This document shows, one piece after another, positions 1 through 9,817 of a stretch of DNA of 32,000 bases. A program made the translations under genes and the position numbers. Position 1 is the stretch's first letter; each line of letters begins with the position of its first letter. This DNA comes from Raphidiopsis brookii D9 (lineage in GTDB: Bacteria; Cyanobacteriota; Cyanobacteriia; Cyanobacteriales; Nostocaceae), in NCBI GenBank assembly GCA_000175855.1, contig ACYB01000040.1, positions 1 to 32,000 on the forward strand, in the 5' to 3' direction. The notes beneath the pieces were generated by a model. It saw only the letters and a list, made by a program, of their open reading frames with translations. It ran no database searches and was not told the origin of the DNA.

Positions 1-469
1 AAAGAGCAGGAGCAACTAAAGTATCAAATCTTGCTATCACAATTAAAAGCGAAGGGTATTGATATTACTGCACTCGAATAAACTATTAGAGGGTATTTAA
101 TAAAGAAGACAAAATCACTGTAGCTTGTTCTGGTTTTATTTGTCCTACCTGGGACAAGTTTTTGCCTTCTATATATTCTTGAACCAGATAAAACTCTCCC
201 ACTTCTGAAAAAGAGCTGTAAAGTTATTGCACTGCATTCACGATATGGCATTTAATAGGGACATCAGAATACTAATTTTATTTAAAGTTTTGTGTCTTTA
301 AAGAATGTGCTGTATTGGGGTGTGGTTCCATTAATTCCACTTTCTAGGACAAAGCGGGGTTAATTGTATTTCATCAATTTTCATTAGTGCCAGGTATGGA
401 AAAAGCTAGGAATAGCAAGCCTTCATCAAAATCTGGTAATTTGCAAGTGTTTACAGATGCTGGCAATCC

Positions 470-1045
470 TTATGTATTACACCTGAAAAGCATGGAGGGA
501 AAATTATCCGTTATAAAAATTGTTTGGTACGTCCTCATTCTATCAGAAAAAAATATACGTCGAGGCAAGTGACCTGACGGGGCTTTTTGTGAAAAGTTTA
601 GTCGGTCGTAACCGATCCACGAGCCCGTGCGCGAAACCCATCCTACTCGTTTTGCGAAAGACCAATCTAGTTCACTACTATTAATCCCTTCTACTCCCCC
701 CAGACTTTCGTATATCTTTTGCCGGACGGAAATACCAAATTTGCCCCTACTGTACTTTAACCACAACTTGTCAATAATGCGCAGTTCTCTACAGGGAAAT
801 TTTTCTACATCTTCTGCTGTTAGGAAACCTTCTTTTTGTCGGTTTGCTAGTGCTAGCATGACTTTGCTAGTTTCTGTATCTGCTCCTTTGAAGTTTTGTG
901 CTTTTAATAAGCTCTCTAGTCTTGTGTATCTGCTGGTCGGATTTTGAGACAGCTTCGTGGTGTTTTGTGCTATTACATCATTAAGAGGAGTTAATACTGT
1001 AAGGATTGATAATAGAACAAGTTTTGTTGATGTTTCGAGGTTCAT
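470..1045 (-). CDS. GUN4-domain protein with N-terminal signal-like sequence
   Basis: 191-aa ORF. N-terminal hydrophobic segment (KLVLLSILTVLTPLNDVIAQ) followed by GUN4-like pattern LESLLKAQNFKGADTETSKVMLALANRQ...FPCRELRIIDKLWLKYSRGKFGISVRQKIY...FAKRVGW...LNFSQKAPSGHLP. Confidence 0.85.
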   Translation of the reverse strand: MNLETSTKLVLLSILTVLTPLNDVIAQNTTKLSQNPTSRYTRLESLLKAQNFKGADTETSKVMLALANRQKEGFLTAEDVEKFPCRELRIIDKLWLKYSRGKFGISVRQKIYESLGGVEGINSSELDWSFAKRVGWVSRTGSWIGYDRLNFSQKAPSGHLPRRIFFSDRMRTYQTIFITDNFPSMLFRCNT

Positions 1046-1115
1046 TGGTAAGTTACTTGGTGATAATTTTGTTAAACCTGTACGTAAACAATAAAACTTG
1101 TAGTGTTACAAAATC

Positions 1116-1133
1116 ATCTATCTTAGGATAGAT
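1116..1133. other. small inverted repeat ATCTATC-TTAG-GATAGAT followed by ATTTTT
   Basis: perfect 7-bp arms read directly in the intergenic region upstream of the GUN4-like gene; AT-rich weak hairpin. Confidence 0.4.
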
Positions 1134-1222
1134 ATTTTTAATGGATTATGTAACATAAGTTTGGGATTAAAAGCAATGGTTATTATAAGTTATGTGTATG
1201 AGTTTGATTTATATTGATAAAC

Positions 1223-1822
1223 TTATCTTATTGTTAGGATAAAACAGATCCGCACTTGGTTTACCTTGGTGAAGGGTGGTTTACCCGCTGCACTCCATTC
1301 CCTATGCTGTATTTGACTATGTGCTTCCCGACCATCAGAATTATAAATATCTGCTTGGATGGGTATTCGCATTAGTTGTCTATCTAAACGAGAAGTTAAA
1401 TCTCCGGTAATTTCTTCCTCTATACCCAGGGGGATATGATGGGGGTGAATCATGGGGATCCAAAAAGATGCGTTTTCACTGGTTGTAGGTGAATTCTGAG
1501 CTAAATATTCTAATTTTTGCCAAAGATAGCGAATTACTATGGCTAATAAGGCTAATAAGCGCAATGCTCCCCTGGTCCTTTGGAAATTAGGAATGGATGC
1601 TATCTTCTTAGTCAGTAGATTAAATAGTTCTGGGTGAAATGGATAGCTCTGAGCACAACTACTATCCTTACATCCACTGGGTAGAACTAAACGACTCTTT
1701 TTATAAACTTCCATATATTCCCCTGCTGCATTGGAACATATACTACTAAACATTCTTTGCTTGACTATATTGTATATCTCTTCAGGTGTAAAAAACCGGT
1801 CCTGTTCTGTGACTGCAATCAT
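1223..1822 (-). pseudogene. fragment of a large DUF499-type (COG1483-like) AAA ATPase
   Basis: PFHPELFNLLTKKIASIPNFQRTRGALRLLALLA and DIYNSDGREAHSQIQHREWSAAGKPPFTKV resemble the middle of DUF499 ATPases. The full protein is far longer than 199 aa and both flanks are missing. Confidence 0.6.
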
Positions 1823-2096
1823 ATTCTAATACTATCCTAACTTTCGCATCTTTTAATTTTAATCTGGTTAAATGCTAAATGATCCCATAGGCGATCGCAG
1901 GTGCATTGTGATTAATTGATGTTCTACGACTAGAACCAGAACAAATGAGAAATAGAAAATAAAAAATAAGGTTGTATTTTCTCGCGGTATGTGTGATACT
2001 CTAATAGTCGTTATCTACGATTACTCTATCAAGTATTCGTACTTTATGAAAACCACTTCCGACTACATAGTTACCAAATATCCACCAAGTAAAATC

Positions 2097-3212
2097 ATGC
2101 AACTAAAATCATTCACGTTGTCGAAGCTACATGCAAAAGTATTTAAATACAAACCTGAATTGTGGCAGAAATACGAGGTAAAAAGCATTCGTACCTTATC
2201 CCTGCTATTTGGTATGGGATTGGGTTTAACCTTTCTTATTACTGCTTGTTCTCCTAATAGTACAAACAATGCGGGAAACAATCAGACTTCATCACCAAAT
2301 GAAGCTGCTAACTCTAGTCAAAGTTCGAGATTAACTAATAGTAGCACAGTAATTCGTATTGGCTACCAAAAAGCTGCAACTGTTCTCTACGCATTAAAGG
2401 CAAAAGGAGAATTAGAGAAAAGTCTGCAGAAATCAGGAGTTTCAGTGACCTGGACTGAATTTCCTGCGGGTCCACCGATGCTAGAAGCGTTAAATGCTGG
2501 GAGTATTGACTTTGGATATACCGGGGAAGCGCCACCAGTTTTTGCTCAAGCTGCAGGTACACCACTTTTATATGTAGCTTATGATCCTTTAGCAACTAAA
2601 GCGGAAGCAATTATTGTTCACAAAGATTCACCCATAAAAAGTGTAGCTGACCTCAAGGGCAAAAAAGTGGCCTTTGCCAAAGGTTCTAATACTAATTACC
2701 TAATAGTCAAAGCATTAGAAAAGGTTGGCTTGAAGTATAGTGATATCAAACCGACCTTCTTACTTCCAGCGGATGCTCGGATAGCATTTGAGGGTAAAAA
2801 TGTGGATGCTTGGGCAATTTGGGATCCTTTTTTAGCCGCAGCACAAAAAGCTACTGATGCAAGAATTCTTACGGATGCAACCGGACTAGCTCCTAATCTT
2901 GGTTATTATTTAGCGGCGAAATCCTTTGTAGATAAAAATCCAGAAGGATTAAAAACTGTTTTACGTGATGTTGATGAAGTTAGCAAGTGGGCTAAAAATA
3001 ATCCTTCGGATGTTGCTAAGTTATTGTCACCTGTTTTGGGTATAGATGTTGGAGTTTTGGAAATATCAGAACGACGACGTGATTATGGGGTGTTACCTTT
3101 AACAGAAGAAGTAATTAACAACCAACAGAAGGTAGCTGATACTTTCTACCAACTTAAATTAATCCCCAAACAAATTAATGTTCGGGAAGTGGTGACCAAG
3201 ATAGATTTTTAG
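2097..3212 (+). CDS. ABC transporter substrate-binding lipoprotein, SsuA/NMT1-like (aliphatic sulfonate type)
   Basis: ORF open from 1989. Start at ATG 2097 gives signal peptide with lipobox LITAC and an Asn/Ser-rich linker, then VRIGYQKA...FPAGPPMLEALNAGSIDFGYTGEAPPVFAQAAG...KGKKVAFAKGSNTNYLI typical of SsuA. Confidence 0.88.
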   Translation: MQLKSFTLSKLHAKVFKYKPELWQKYEVKSIRTLSLLFGMGLGLTFLITACSPNSTNNAGNNQTSSPNEAANSSQSSRLTNSSTVIRIGYQKAATVLYALKAKGELEKSLQKSGVSVTWTEFPAGPPMLEALNAGSIDFGYTGEAPPVFAQAAGTPLLYVAYDPLATKAEAIIVHKDSPIKSVADLKGKKVAFAKGSNTNYLIVKALEKVGLKYSDIKPTFLLPADARIAFEGKNVDAWAIWDPFLAAAQKATDARILTDATGLAPNLGYYLAAKSFVDKNPEGLKTVLRDVDEVSKWAKNNPSDVAKLLSPVLGIDVGVLEISERRRDYGVLPLTEEVINNQQKVADTFYQLKLIPKQINVREVVTKIDF

Positions 3213-3223
3213 ATTTTGGGTTT

Positions 3224-4966
3224 ATGAATTATAGAACTACTCAAACCACTCATCAAACTACTCAATTAGTGAAAACTGATGTACTTGTAATTGGTGGTGG
3301 TACCGCAGGAACAATGGCAGGAATTAAAGCAAAGCAGGTAAACCCAGATGCTGACATTTTAATTTTAGAAAAAGCAAATATTCGCCGCAGCGGTGCAATT
3401 GCTATGGGTATGGACGGGGTGAATACAGCAGTTATTCCCGGAAACTCCACCCCAGAACAATATGTCCGTGAGGTAACTATTGCTAATGATGGTATTTTGC
3501 ACCAAAAAGCAGTTTATCAAACTGCAAAACTAGGCTATGAAACTATTAAGGAATTAGAAAGTTGGGGGGTGAAATTTCAGAAAGATCCCCACGGTAATTA
3601 TGATGTCAAACAAGTACATCGCGTCGGCAAATATGTTTTACCAATGCCAGAGGGCAAAGATTTAAAAACAATTCTCACTCGTCAGGTTAAGCGTCACCAG
3701 GTGAAAGTAATCAACCGGGTTATGGCAACTAGAATATTAGTGGAAGATGGTAAAGCAATTGGTGCAGTTGGATTTGATGTACGCAGTGGAGATTTTGTAG
3801 TTATTCAAGCCAAGGCTGTTGTCCTTTGTACAGGTGCTTGTGGAAGATTAGGGTTACCAGCTTCTGGTTATCTTTATGGGACTTATGAAAATCCCACCAA
3901 TGCTGGAGATGGTTACTCTATGGCTTATCATGCAGGAGCAGAATTAACTAACATTGAATGCTTCCAAATTAACCCACTAATTAAGGATTACAATGGCCCA
4001 GCATGTGCCTATGTAGCAGGACCCTATGGAGCATATACTGCTAATAGTCAAGGAAACCGCTTCATTAATTGTGATTACTGGAGTGGTCAAATGATGTTAG
4101 AGATTTGGAGGGAATTAAACTCTGGGAAAGGTCCAATTCAAATGAAAATGACCCATTTAGATGAGGATACAATTTCTGAAATTGAAAGCATTTTGTGGGC
4201 TAACGAGCGTCCAAGTAGAGGTAGGTTTCATCAAGGCAGAGGAGAAAATTATCGCACTCATGGTGTGGAGATGAATATTTCCGAAATTGGCTTATGTAGT
4301 GGACATAGTGCATCCGGTGTTTGGGTGAATGAAAAAGCGGAAACTACAGTTCCTGGACTTTATGCAGCTGGAGACATGGCCAGTGTTCCACATAATTATA
4401 TGATTGGCGCATTTGTTTTCGGAAGATTGGCTGGAGAAAATGCTATGGAGTACATTCAGAATTTAGAAACCGTAGAACATATAAAACCAGATCCCGATCT
4501 TTTAGAAACTGAAAAAAACCGGATTTATTCACCATTAAATCAACCAAATGGCATTCCCCATACCCAAGTTGAATATAAGTTGCGCCGGCTGATTAACGAT
4601 TACCTACAACCACCAAAATCTGGCAAAAAAATGGAAATTGGGCTAAATCATTTTATTCGTTACCATGAAACACTATCGGAAATGGGAGCACGAGATCCTC
4701 ACGAATTGATGCGCTGTATGGAGGTATATTTTATTCGTGATTGTGCAGAAATGGCAGCACGAGCATCTTTATATCGTCAAGAGAGTCGTTGGGGACTATA
4801 TCATTACCGGTTAGATTATCCCGATCAAAATGATCTTGAATGGCTATGTCATGTTAATTTGAGGAAAACTGAAGGGGGAGAAATGATTTTATTCAAACGT
4901 GCAATTGAACCTTATGTGGTATCTGTTGATTTGTCCAACGAACTTTATGATGTGGCTGTAAAATAG
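3224..4966 (+). CDS. FAD-dependent fumarate reductase/adenylylsulfate reductase alpha (AprA)-like flavoprotein
   Basis: N-terminal FAD motif VLVIGGGTAGTMAGIKAKQVNPDADILILEKA; RSGAIAMGMDGVN; GRFHQGRGE; SGHSASGVWVNEKAETTVPGLYAAGDMASVPHNYMIGAFVFGRLAGENA. AprA-like layout, immediately followed by a ferredoxin. Confidence 0.85.
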   Translation: MNYRTTQTTHQTTQLVKTDVLVIGGGTAGTMAGIKAKQVNPDADILILEKANIRRSGAIAMGMDGVNTAVIPGNSTPEQYVREVTIANDGILHQKAVYQTAKLGYETIKELESWGVKFQKDPHGNYDVKQVHRVGKYVLPMPEGKDLKTILTRQVKRHQVKVINRVMATRILVEDGKAIGAVGFDVRSGDFVVIQAKAVVLCTGACGRLGLPASGYLYGTYENPTNAGDGYSMAYHAGAELTNIECFQINPLIKDYNGPACAYVAGPYGAYTANSQGNRFINCDYWSGQMMLEIWRELNSGKGPIQMKMTHLDEDTISEIESILWANERPSRGRFHQGRGENYRTHGVEMNISEIGLCSGHSASGVWVNEKAETTVPGLYAAGDMASVPHNYMIGAFVFGRLAGENAMEYIQNLETVEHIKPDPDLLETEKNRIYSPLNQPNGIPHTQVEYKLRRLINDYLQPPKSGKKMEIGLNHFIRYHETLSEMGARDPHELMRCMEVYFIRDCAEMAARASLYRQESRWGLYHYRLDYPDQNDLEWLCHVNLRKTEGGEMILFKRAIEPYVVSVDLSNELYDVAVK

Positions 4967-5016
4967 CAGTGTGGTTTCACAGTAAAATAATTTCACTACG
5001 GAGTAATGATAAACCT

Positions 5017-5244
5017 ATGACCTTAATTAATCAAAGAGTAGATGTCCCAGTAATTGTGGATGAATCCAAGTGTCTGGAAAAATGCGTGGCCTGTATTGAG
5101 GTTTGTCCTTTAGATGTGCTGGCTAAAAATCCAGAGACTGGCAAAGCTTACATGAAGTATGATGAATGTTGGTTCTGTCTACCCTGTGAAAAGGAGTGTC
5201 CAACCAATGCTATTACAGTACAAATTCCTTTTTTACTACGGTAG
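5017..5244 (+). CDS. AprB-like small 2[4Fe-4S] ferredoxin
   Basis: CLEKCVACIEVCP and CWFCLPCEKECP eight-cysteine arrangement; starts at ATG 5017 preceded by CGGAG. Partner of upstream AprA-like gene. Confidence 0.85.
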   Translation: MTLINQRVDVPVIVDESKCLEKCVACIEVCPLDVLAKNPETGKAYMKYDECWFCLPCEKECPTNAITVQIPFLLR

Positions 5245-5253
5245 AGACTCAAA

Positions 5254-6276
5254 ATGTCTACGGATTCTAATTACCAGGTGAATCAGTGGTTGGAGATGTT
5301 GCGATCGCCTGAAGTGGGCGATCGTCTAGTAGCGGTAAAGTCCTTACAGCATCTGGGGGAAGATCTAGCTATAGAAGGTTTAATAACTGCTTTGAAAGAT
5401 GAAAGCACCGCCGTGCAAAAAATTGCAGTATCTGCACTTTGGGAACTGGGTAATCCTCAAGCGGTTCCAGCTTTACTCGAACATCTTGGTGATTGGGATC
5501 CAGAGGTTAGAATCGAAGCTCTATCAGCTTTGGGTGAATTAATAAGTTCCCATCACTTATCGTTGTTGTTGGACGCATTAGGAAAAGAAAATGTTAATCT
5601 TCAGCTTAACATTCTGATTTTGTTGCGTAAGATCCACGATATAGGATCCCTAGATGCTGTATTATCCTTCTTCAATTCTCAACACCCAGAATTGCGAGAG
5701 GCTGCTGTGACTACTTTGCGCTATTTAAATCAAGTGCAAATATGTCCAAAAGCGTTGTCACTACTCAATGACGCTGACAACAACGTGCGACGAGCAACAG
5801 CCATAACTTTAGGATATTTAAAGGATGGAAAAATTCCTGGGTTACTCAGTCAATCAATCAGCCATGATTCCGACTGGCAAGTCCGAAAAAACGCAGCCAT
5901 ATCCCTAGTCAATCATGCTAACTCAGTGGCAGTCTCCACCCTAAAAAATGGCATAACAGATGAAAATTGGCAAGTGCGAAAATCGATCATTCAACTGTTA
6001 CAAAAAGCTCCCCAAATAGAATTATTGCCTTTATTAATTGAGAGTTTAAGGAGTGATCAGTATTCTGATGTCAGAAAAGAAGCAGCTGTAGCACTTAGTC
6101 ACCTAACAATTGGTCATCCAAGTAGTCTTGAAGCTCTGGATGCTCTAAGGACCGGATTAAATGACGAAGACACAGAAGTGCAAATTTGTTGCCAAAAGGC
6201 AATAGAGAAAATTGAATCCAATGTTAAACAACGGTCTACAGCATCTAAACCAGATGTGTCCACCGTTGATGGGTAA
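5254..6276 (+). CDS. HEAT-repeat / PBS-lyase-like HEAT protein
   Basis: repeated ~30-aa units (DRLVAVKSLQHLGEDLAIEGLITALKDE, STAVQKIAVSALWELGNPQAVPALLEHLGDWD, PEVRIEALSALGEL...); begins 10 bp after the ferredoxin stop. Confidence 0.85.
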   Translation: MSTDSNYQVNQWLEMLRSPEVGDRLVAVKSLQHLGEDLAIEGLITALKDESTAVQKIAVSALWELGNPQAVPALLEHLGDWDPEVRIEALSALGELISSHHLSLLLDALGKENVNLQLNILILLRKIHDIGSLDAVLSFFNSQHPELREAAVTTLRYLNQVQICPKALSLLNDADNNVRRATAITLGYLKDGKIPGLLSQSISHDSDWQVRKNAAISLVNHANSVAVSTLKNGITDENWQVRKSIIQLLQKAPQIELLPLLIESLRSDQYSDVRKEAAVALSHLTIGHPSSLEALDALRTGLNDEDTEVQICCQKAIEKIESNVKQRSTASKPDVSTVDG

Positions 6277-7042
6277 AACGAAGAACAGCATCTAAAAAGT
6301 AACCAATTAGTCCAATGATCACAATTACTGCTGCCAACTCCGAATATGCCAAGCGATCGCGGGTATCGAGGATAAAATAGCCAAGTCCTGCATTTACTCC
6401 TAGCATTTCTGCAGGTACTAAAACGATCCAAATCACCCCCATAGCAAGGCGAATCCCAGTCAGCAAGTGAGGAATAATGGCAGGGATTATCACCTGACTA
6501 ATTGTTTCCCACTTTGTTGCACATAGACTTTTGGATAGTAGCAACCACTGAGTATCAACGGCAGTGACCCCTGCTGAAGTATTGAGAATTACAGCCCAAA
6601 TAGCAGAAATGCTTAGTAAAAAGTAAACGGGTAAATCCCCAATACCCAAAACCATAACTGCTATGGGCATCCAAGAAAGAGGCGAAATCATACGCACTAA
6701 CTGGAATAAAACGGAGGTTGCCAGATCTAAGGATCGATACATTCCTAAAAAGATACCCATAGGAACGCCTAAACTAATTGCTATTAGTAAACCTACTAAC
6801 ACCCGGCGTAGACTGGCAAATATATGGGGAAAAATGGAGTGGCTATTAAATAATTGAAATAAGGAAACAATGCACCGCTCCAAGGAAAAGTCAACTAGCA
6901 TTAGATCCCGGTGCCATAGGGGAGTAGTGCATATCCACCAAATACTCAAACCGACCATTAGTCCGGATAGGGGTAGGGGAATTTTTTTAACAAGGTGTAG
7001 TTGCAAGGCAATAAGAAACCGGGTGACGATTTTGATGGTCAT
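6245..7042 (-). CDS. ABC transporter permease, SsuC/TauC-like (BPD transport system inner membrane)
   Basis: multiple TM segments; [59 protein letters not shown]...; ATGA-type overlap with upstream CA gene. Confidence 0.85.
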   Translation of the reverse strand: MTIKIVTRFLIALQLHLVKKIPLPLSGLMVGLSIWWICTTPLWHRDLMLVDFSLERCIVSLFQLFNSHSIFPHIFASLRRVLVGLLIAISLGVPMGIFLGMYRSLDLATSVLFQLVRMISPLSWMPIAVMVLGIGDLPVYFLLSISAIWAVILNTSAGVTAVDTQWLLLSKSLCATKWETISQVIIPAIIPHLLTGIRLAMGVIWIVLVPAEMLGVNAGLGYFILDTRDRLAYSELAAVIVIIGLIGYFLDAVLRFTHQRWTHLV

Positions 7043-7620
7043 TCAACTTTTCCAACTACTGTGGCTTCAGGAATTTCAATTAACTTTCCAGTCTTTACAT
7101 CATAAATGTAACCATAAATGACAATGTCTTTAGGAACTAGGGGATGATATCTTATCCTTCTAACATCTTCATAAACACTTTTGGCTTGATTGCTTATTGT
7201 TAACCAATTAATGAAATCCCCCTCTTGTGAACCTGGTCCGATACCCACATCATGCCAACCTCTCTCATCTAACTGGGCAGTTTCTAGACTGTTTGCCAAT
7301 AGTTTTCGAATAATTTCATCTGTGAAGGTTTCCATTCCACAATCCGTATGGTGAATAATAAACCATTCACGAGTACCTAAAAGCTTGTAAGAAATCACCA
7401 AAGAGCGAATGGCATCATCACTAGCTCTACCACCAGCATTCCGAATAACATGGGCATCTCCTTCAACCAGACCAGCAAATTTTGCCGGATCAAGGCGAGC
7501 ATCCATGCATGTCAAAATGGCAAATTTACGACCAGGAGGTAGGGGTAAATTTCCCTTATCCCCAAAGATTTCAGTATACTTTTGATTGGCATGAAGAACT
7601 TCTTGAACTAACTGACTCAT
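7039..7620 (-). CDS. beta-carbonic anhydrase family, clade D / COS-hydrolase-like
   Basis: [59 protein letters not shown]: Zn ligands C...H-x2-C with conserved D/R dyad. ORF open to 7665, preferred ATG at 7620. Confidence 0.88.
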   Translation of the reverse strand: MSQLVQEVLHANQKYTEIFGDKGNLPLPPGRKFAILTCMDARLDPAKFAGLVEGDAHVIRNAGGRASDDAIRSLVISYKLLGTREWFIIHHTDCGMETFTDEIIRKLLANSLETAQLDERGWHDVGIGPGSQEGDFINWLTISNQAKSVYEDVRRIRYHPLVPKDIVIYGYIYDVKTGKLIEIPEATVVGKVE

Positions 7621-7671
7621 AAAAAACCTCAATTTTTGACGAAAAGTCGCATCGAATAATATCAAAATAAT

Positions 7672-8922
7672 TTAGATAGCAAAGGTTTCAGAACGCAAAA
7701 GTTCTTTCGGTAATCCAAAAACCTCTGGACCTCCAATCTGTTGTAAAGCAGATTTAACAAAGGAATCATCCACTAAATCTGCAGCCACCTGCTTTGGCTC
7801 TAAGGTTTGCAAAAAGTTTGTTTCCCCTTCTACTTGAGTTTCTCTAAGTAATTCAACTAATTTCTCCGTGTAAGAGGGAAAAGGATAAGGTTGAAAGTCA
7901 ATTCTATTTATTCCCCAATCAGGATGGGTAATTGCTTGTTGATAAAACTTTGAGTCATAGTAGCCAAGGGATCTTTGTAAGGCACCTAGGGGATGGGGTG
8001 TGTACTTGCCTCCATCCTTAGAAAGAATTTTGGCTACTTCTAAGCGATTATTTCTTGCCCAGGATTGTGCTTTAACTATTGCATTAACTACTTTTTGAGT
8101 CCATTCTCGTCTTTGGGTAATATCTTCTTCATGAACAAATACTACACAGCAGGCATGATCTTTCCAAACATCTCCAGTAAACCGCAGAACCTTACCAGTT
8201 TTCAAATTTTCAGCCACTGCATTAAATGGCTCTGCGACTATATATCCTCCAATACTTTTATTAGCTAATGCCGAAACCATATCGGGAGGAGGTAATACAA
8301 CTAAGTTAACCTCGTTACTACCAATAGGAGCATCCTGGGCCTTACGAACCACGCTTAGTCCTTGCTGTTTGAGGATTTGTTGTAAGACTACGTTGTGGAT
8401 GGAATACCAAAACGGAACAGCTATTGTCCTTCCACCTAAATTTTTGGCACTTTCAATCTCTGGTGCCACGGTTAAAGCTGAACCATTGGTATGATTCCAG
8501 GCAATAACTTTTGCCGGAAACTTACGTCCATACCTAATCCAAATGGTAACCGGCATCAGGACATGAATTACATTGATTTGACGCGCTAAAAAAGCTTCCA
8601 CAATTTGTGACCAAGATCGAAATAGCCGTGGCTGTTCGCTAGTTAGTCCTTCCGCTTCATACAGTTTACGAGAGTGTGCAACTAATAGGGGGGCAGCATC
8701 AGTAATAGGTAAGTAACCTACTTTTACGGGCTGATCGTCTGAAAAAACTGGTTTAGTCGTAGATTGTTGAGTATTATTTGGTGGGAAGGACTTTTGCTCA
8801 CAGCCGCCCATACCTATTGTTGCTGTTAATGAAGTGGTGAAAAAACTAGTAAGCTTGAGAAAGTCTCTTCTGTTCATACCGCAGCACAGACAAGTGTAAG
8901 GATTAAAAAATGGTTTATTCAT
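7672..8922 (-). CDS. ABC transporter substrate-binding protein (NMT1/SsuA superfamily) with twin-arginine-like signal
   Basis: NRRDFLKLTSFF...IGMGGC leader, then VKVGYLPITDAAPLLVAHSRKLYEAEGL...; adjacent ATPase and permease genes on the same strand. Confidence 0.85.
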   Translation of the reverse strand: MNKPFFNPYTCLCCGMNRRDFLKLTSFFTTSLTATIGMGGCEQKSFPPNNTQQSTTKPVFSDDQPVKVGYLPITDAAPLLVAHSRKLYEAEGLTSEQPRLFRSWSQIVEAFLARQINVIHVLMPVTIWIRYGRKFPAKVIAWNHTNGSALTVAPEIESAKNLGGRTIAVPFWYSIHNVVLQQILKQQGLSVVRKAQDAPIGSNEVNLVVLPPPDMVSALANKSIGGYIVAEPFNAVAENLKTGKVLRFTGDVWKDHACCVVFVHEEDITQRREWTQKVVNAIVKAQSWARNNRLEVAKILSKDGGKYTPHPLGALQRSLGYYDSKFYQQAITHPDWGINRIDFQPYPFPSYTEKLVELLRETQVEGETNFLQTLEPKQVAADLVDDSFVKSALQQIGGPEVFGLPKELLRSETFAI

Positions 8923-8992
8923 ACACTAATTTCAGATGAGTTGAATGTTAATCAATTAGAATTTAGAAGTGACAACACTTAGGAATGACAGG

Positions 8993-9817
8993 TTATTTTC
9001 CCCAATCCATTAAACTTGAAAGTTCCTCGAAAATAGTTAGTCGCATTTCGGCTAAGGTGTGTGCTTCCTTAAAACGGGGTTTCGGTTGCATAATCCGCCA
9101 TTCTCGATCAATTGCCCCCGGATAACGACTCATTAAAAATATGCGATCGCCTAGCAGAAGGGCTTCGTCAATATCATGAGTCACGAGCAAGATTGTACTT
9201 TGATGCTGCTCAATTACCTCTAATAAAAGCTTCTGCATTTCTAGTCGGTTAATGGCATCAAGTCCGCTAAAAGGCTCATCCAGCAACAATAGTTTGGGTT
9301 GACGAGCAAGCGCACGTCCTAAAGCTACTCGCTGTGCCATACCTCCAGATAACTGATGAGGATACGCTTGTTCAAATTTATCTAGGTTAACACTAGTAAT
9401 TGCTAAGTTAATACGCGATTCTAGTTCAGCTTTGGATAAAGAGTCCATCCGGGTGAATTGTAATCCAAAACCAATATTTTGCCTAACACTCAACCAGGGA
9501 AGTAATGCCGCCTGCTGAAAGACTAAACCAATTTGGGGGTGCGGGGAAGTCAGGGGACGACCCTCTAAATAAATTTGTCCTTTATTGGCAGATTTTAAAC
9601 CGGCGATCGCCATTAGCAGTGAAGACTTTCCACATCCACTGGCACCTAAAAGACATACCACTTCTCGATGACAAACATCTAAATTGATATTGGCAAAAGC
9701 AGTATAAGTCCCTCGACGAGTCTTATAATTCATCTGTAAACCTTCTACTTTCAGCAGAGGCTCACTTCCTACAGAGGTTAGTCTTGACCTAGTGACAGTT
9801 GTATGGTAATCCATCAC
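8993..9817 (-). CDS. ABC transporter ATP-binding protein, SsuB/TauB-like
   Basis: Walker A GASGCGKSS, Q-loop VFQQAALLPWL, signature LSGGMAQRVALGRAL, Walker B LLLLDEPFSGLD, H-loop THD. Confidence 0.92.
   Translation of the reverse strand: MMDYHTTVTRSRLTSVGSEPLLKVEGLQMNYKTRRGTYTAFANINLDVCHREVVCLLGASGCGKSSLLMAIAGLKSANKGQIYLEGRPLTSPHPQIGLVFQQAALLPWLSVRQNIGFGLQFTRMDSLSKAELESRINLAITSVNLDKFEQAYPHQLSGGMAQRVALGRALARQPKLLLLDEPFSGLDAINRLEMQKLLLEVIEQHQSTILLVTHDIDEALLLGDRIFLMSRYPGAIDREWRIMQPKPRFKEAHTLAEMRLTIFEELSSLMDWGK

Noticed and set aside
627-947. 106-aa plus-strand ORF opposite the GUN4-like gene
   Set aside because: Antisense to a conserved domain; no family resemblance.
2063-2595. minus-strand ORFs 2063-2281 and 2335-2595 inside the first SBP
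   Set aside because: Shadow ORFs of a conserved SsuA-like coding sequence.
3224-5244. calling the flavoprotein/ferredoxin pair genuine dissimilatory APS reductase aprAB
   Set aside because: The ferredoxin is much shorter than AprB and lacks its extended first-cluster loop and C-terminal tail; only an AprAB-like assignment is supportable.
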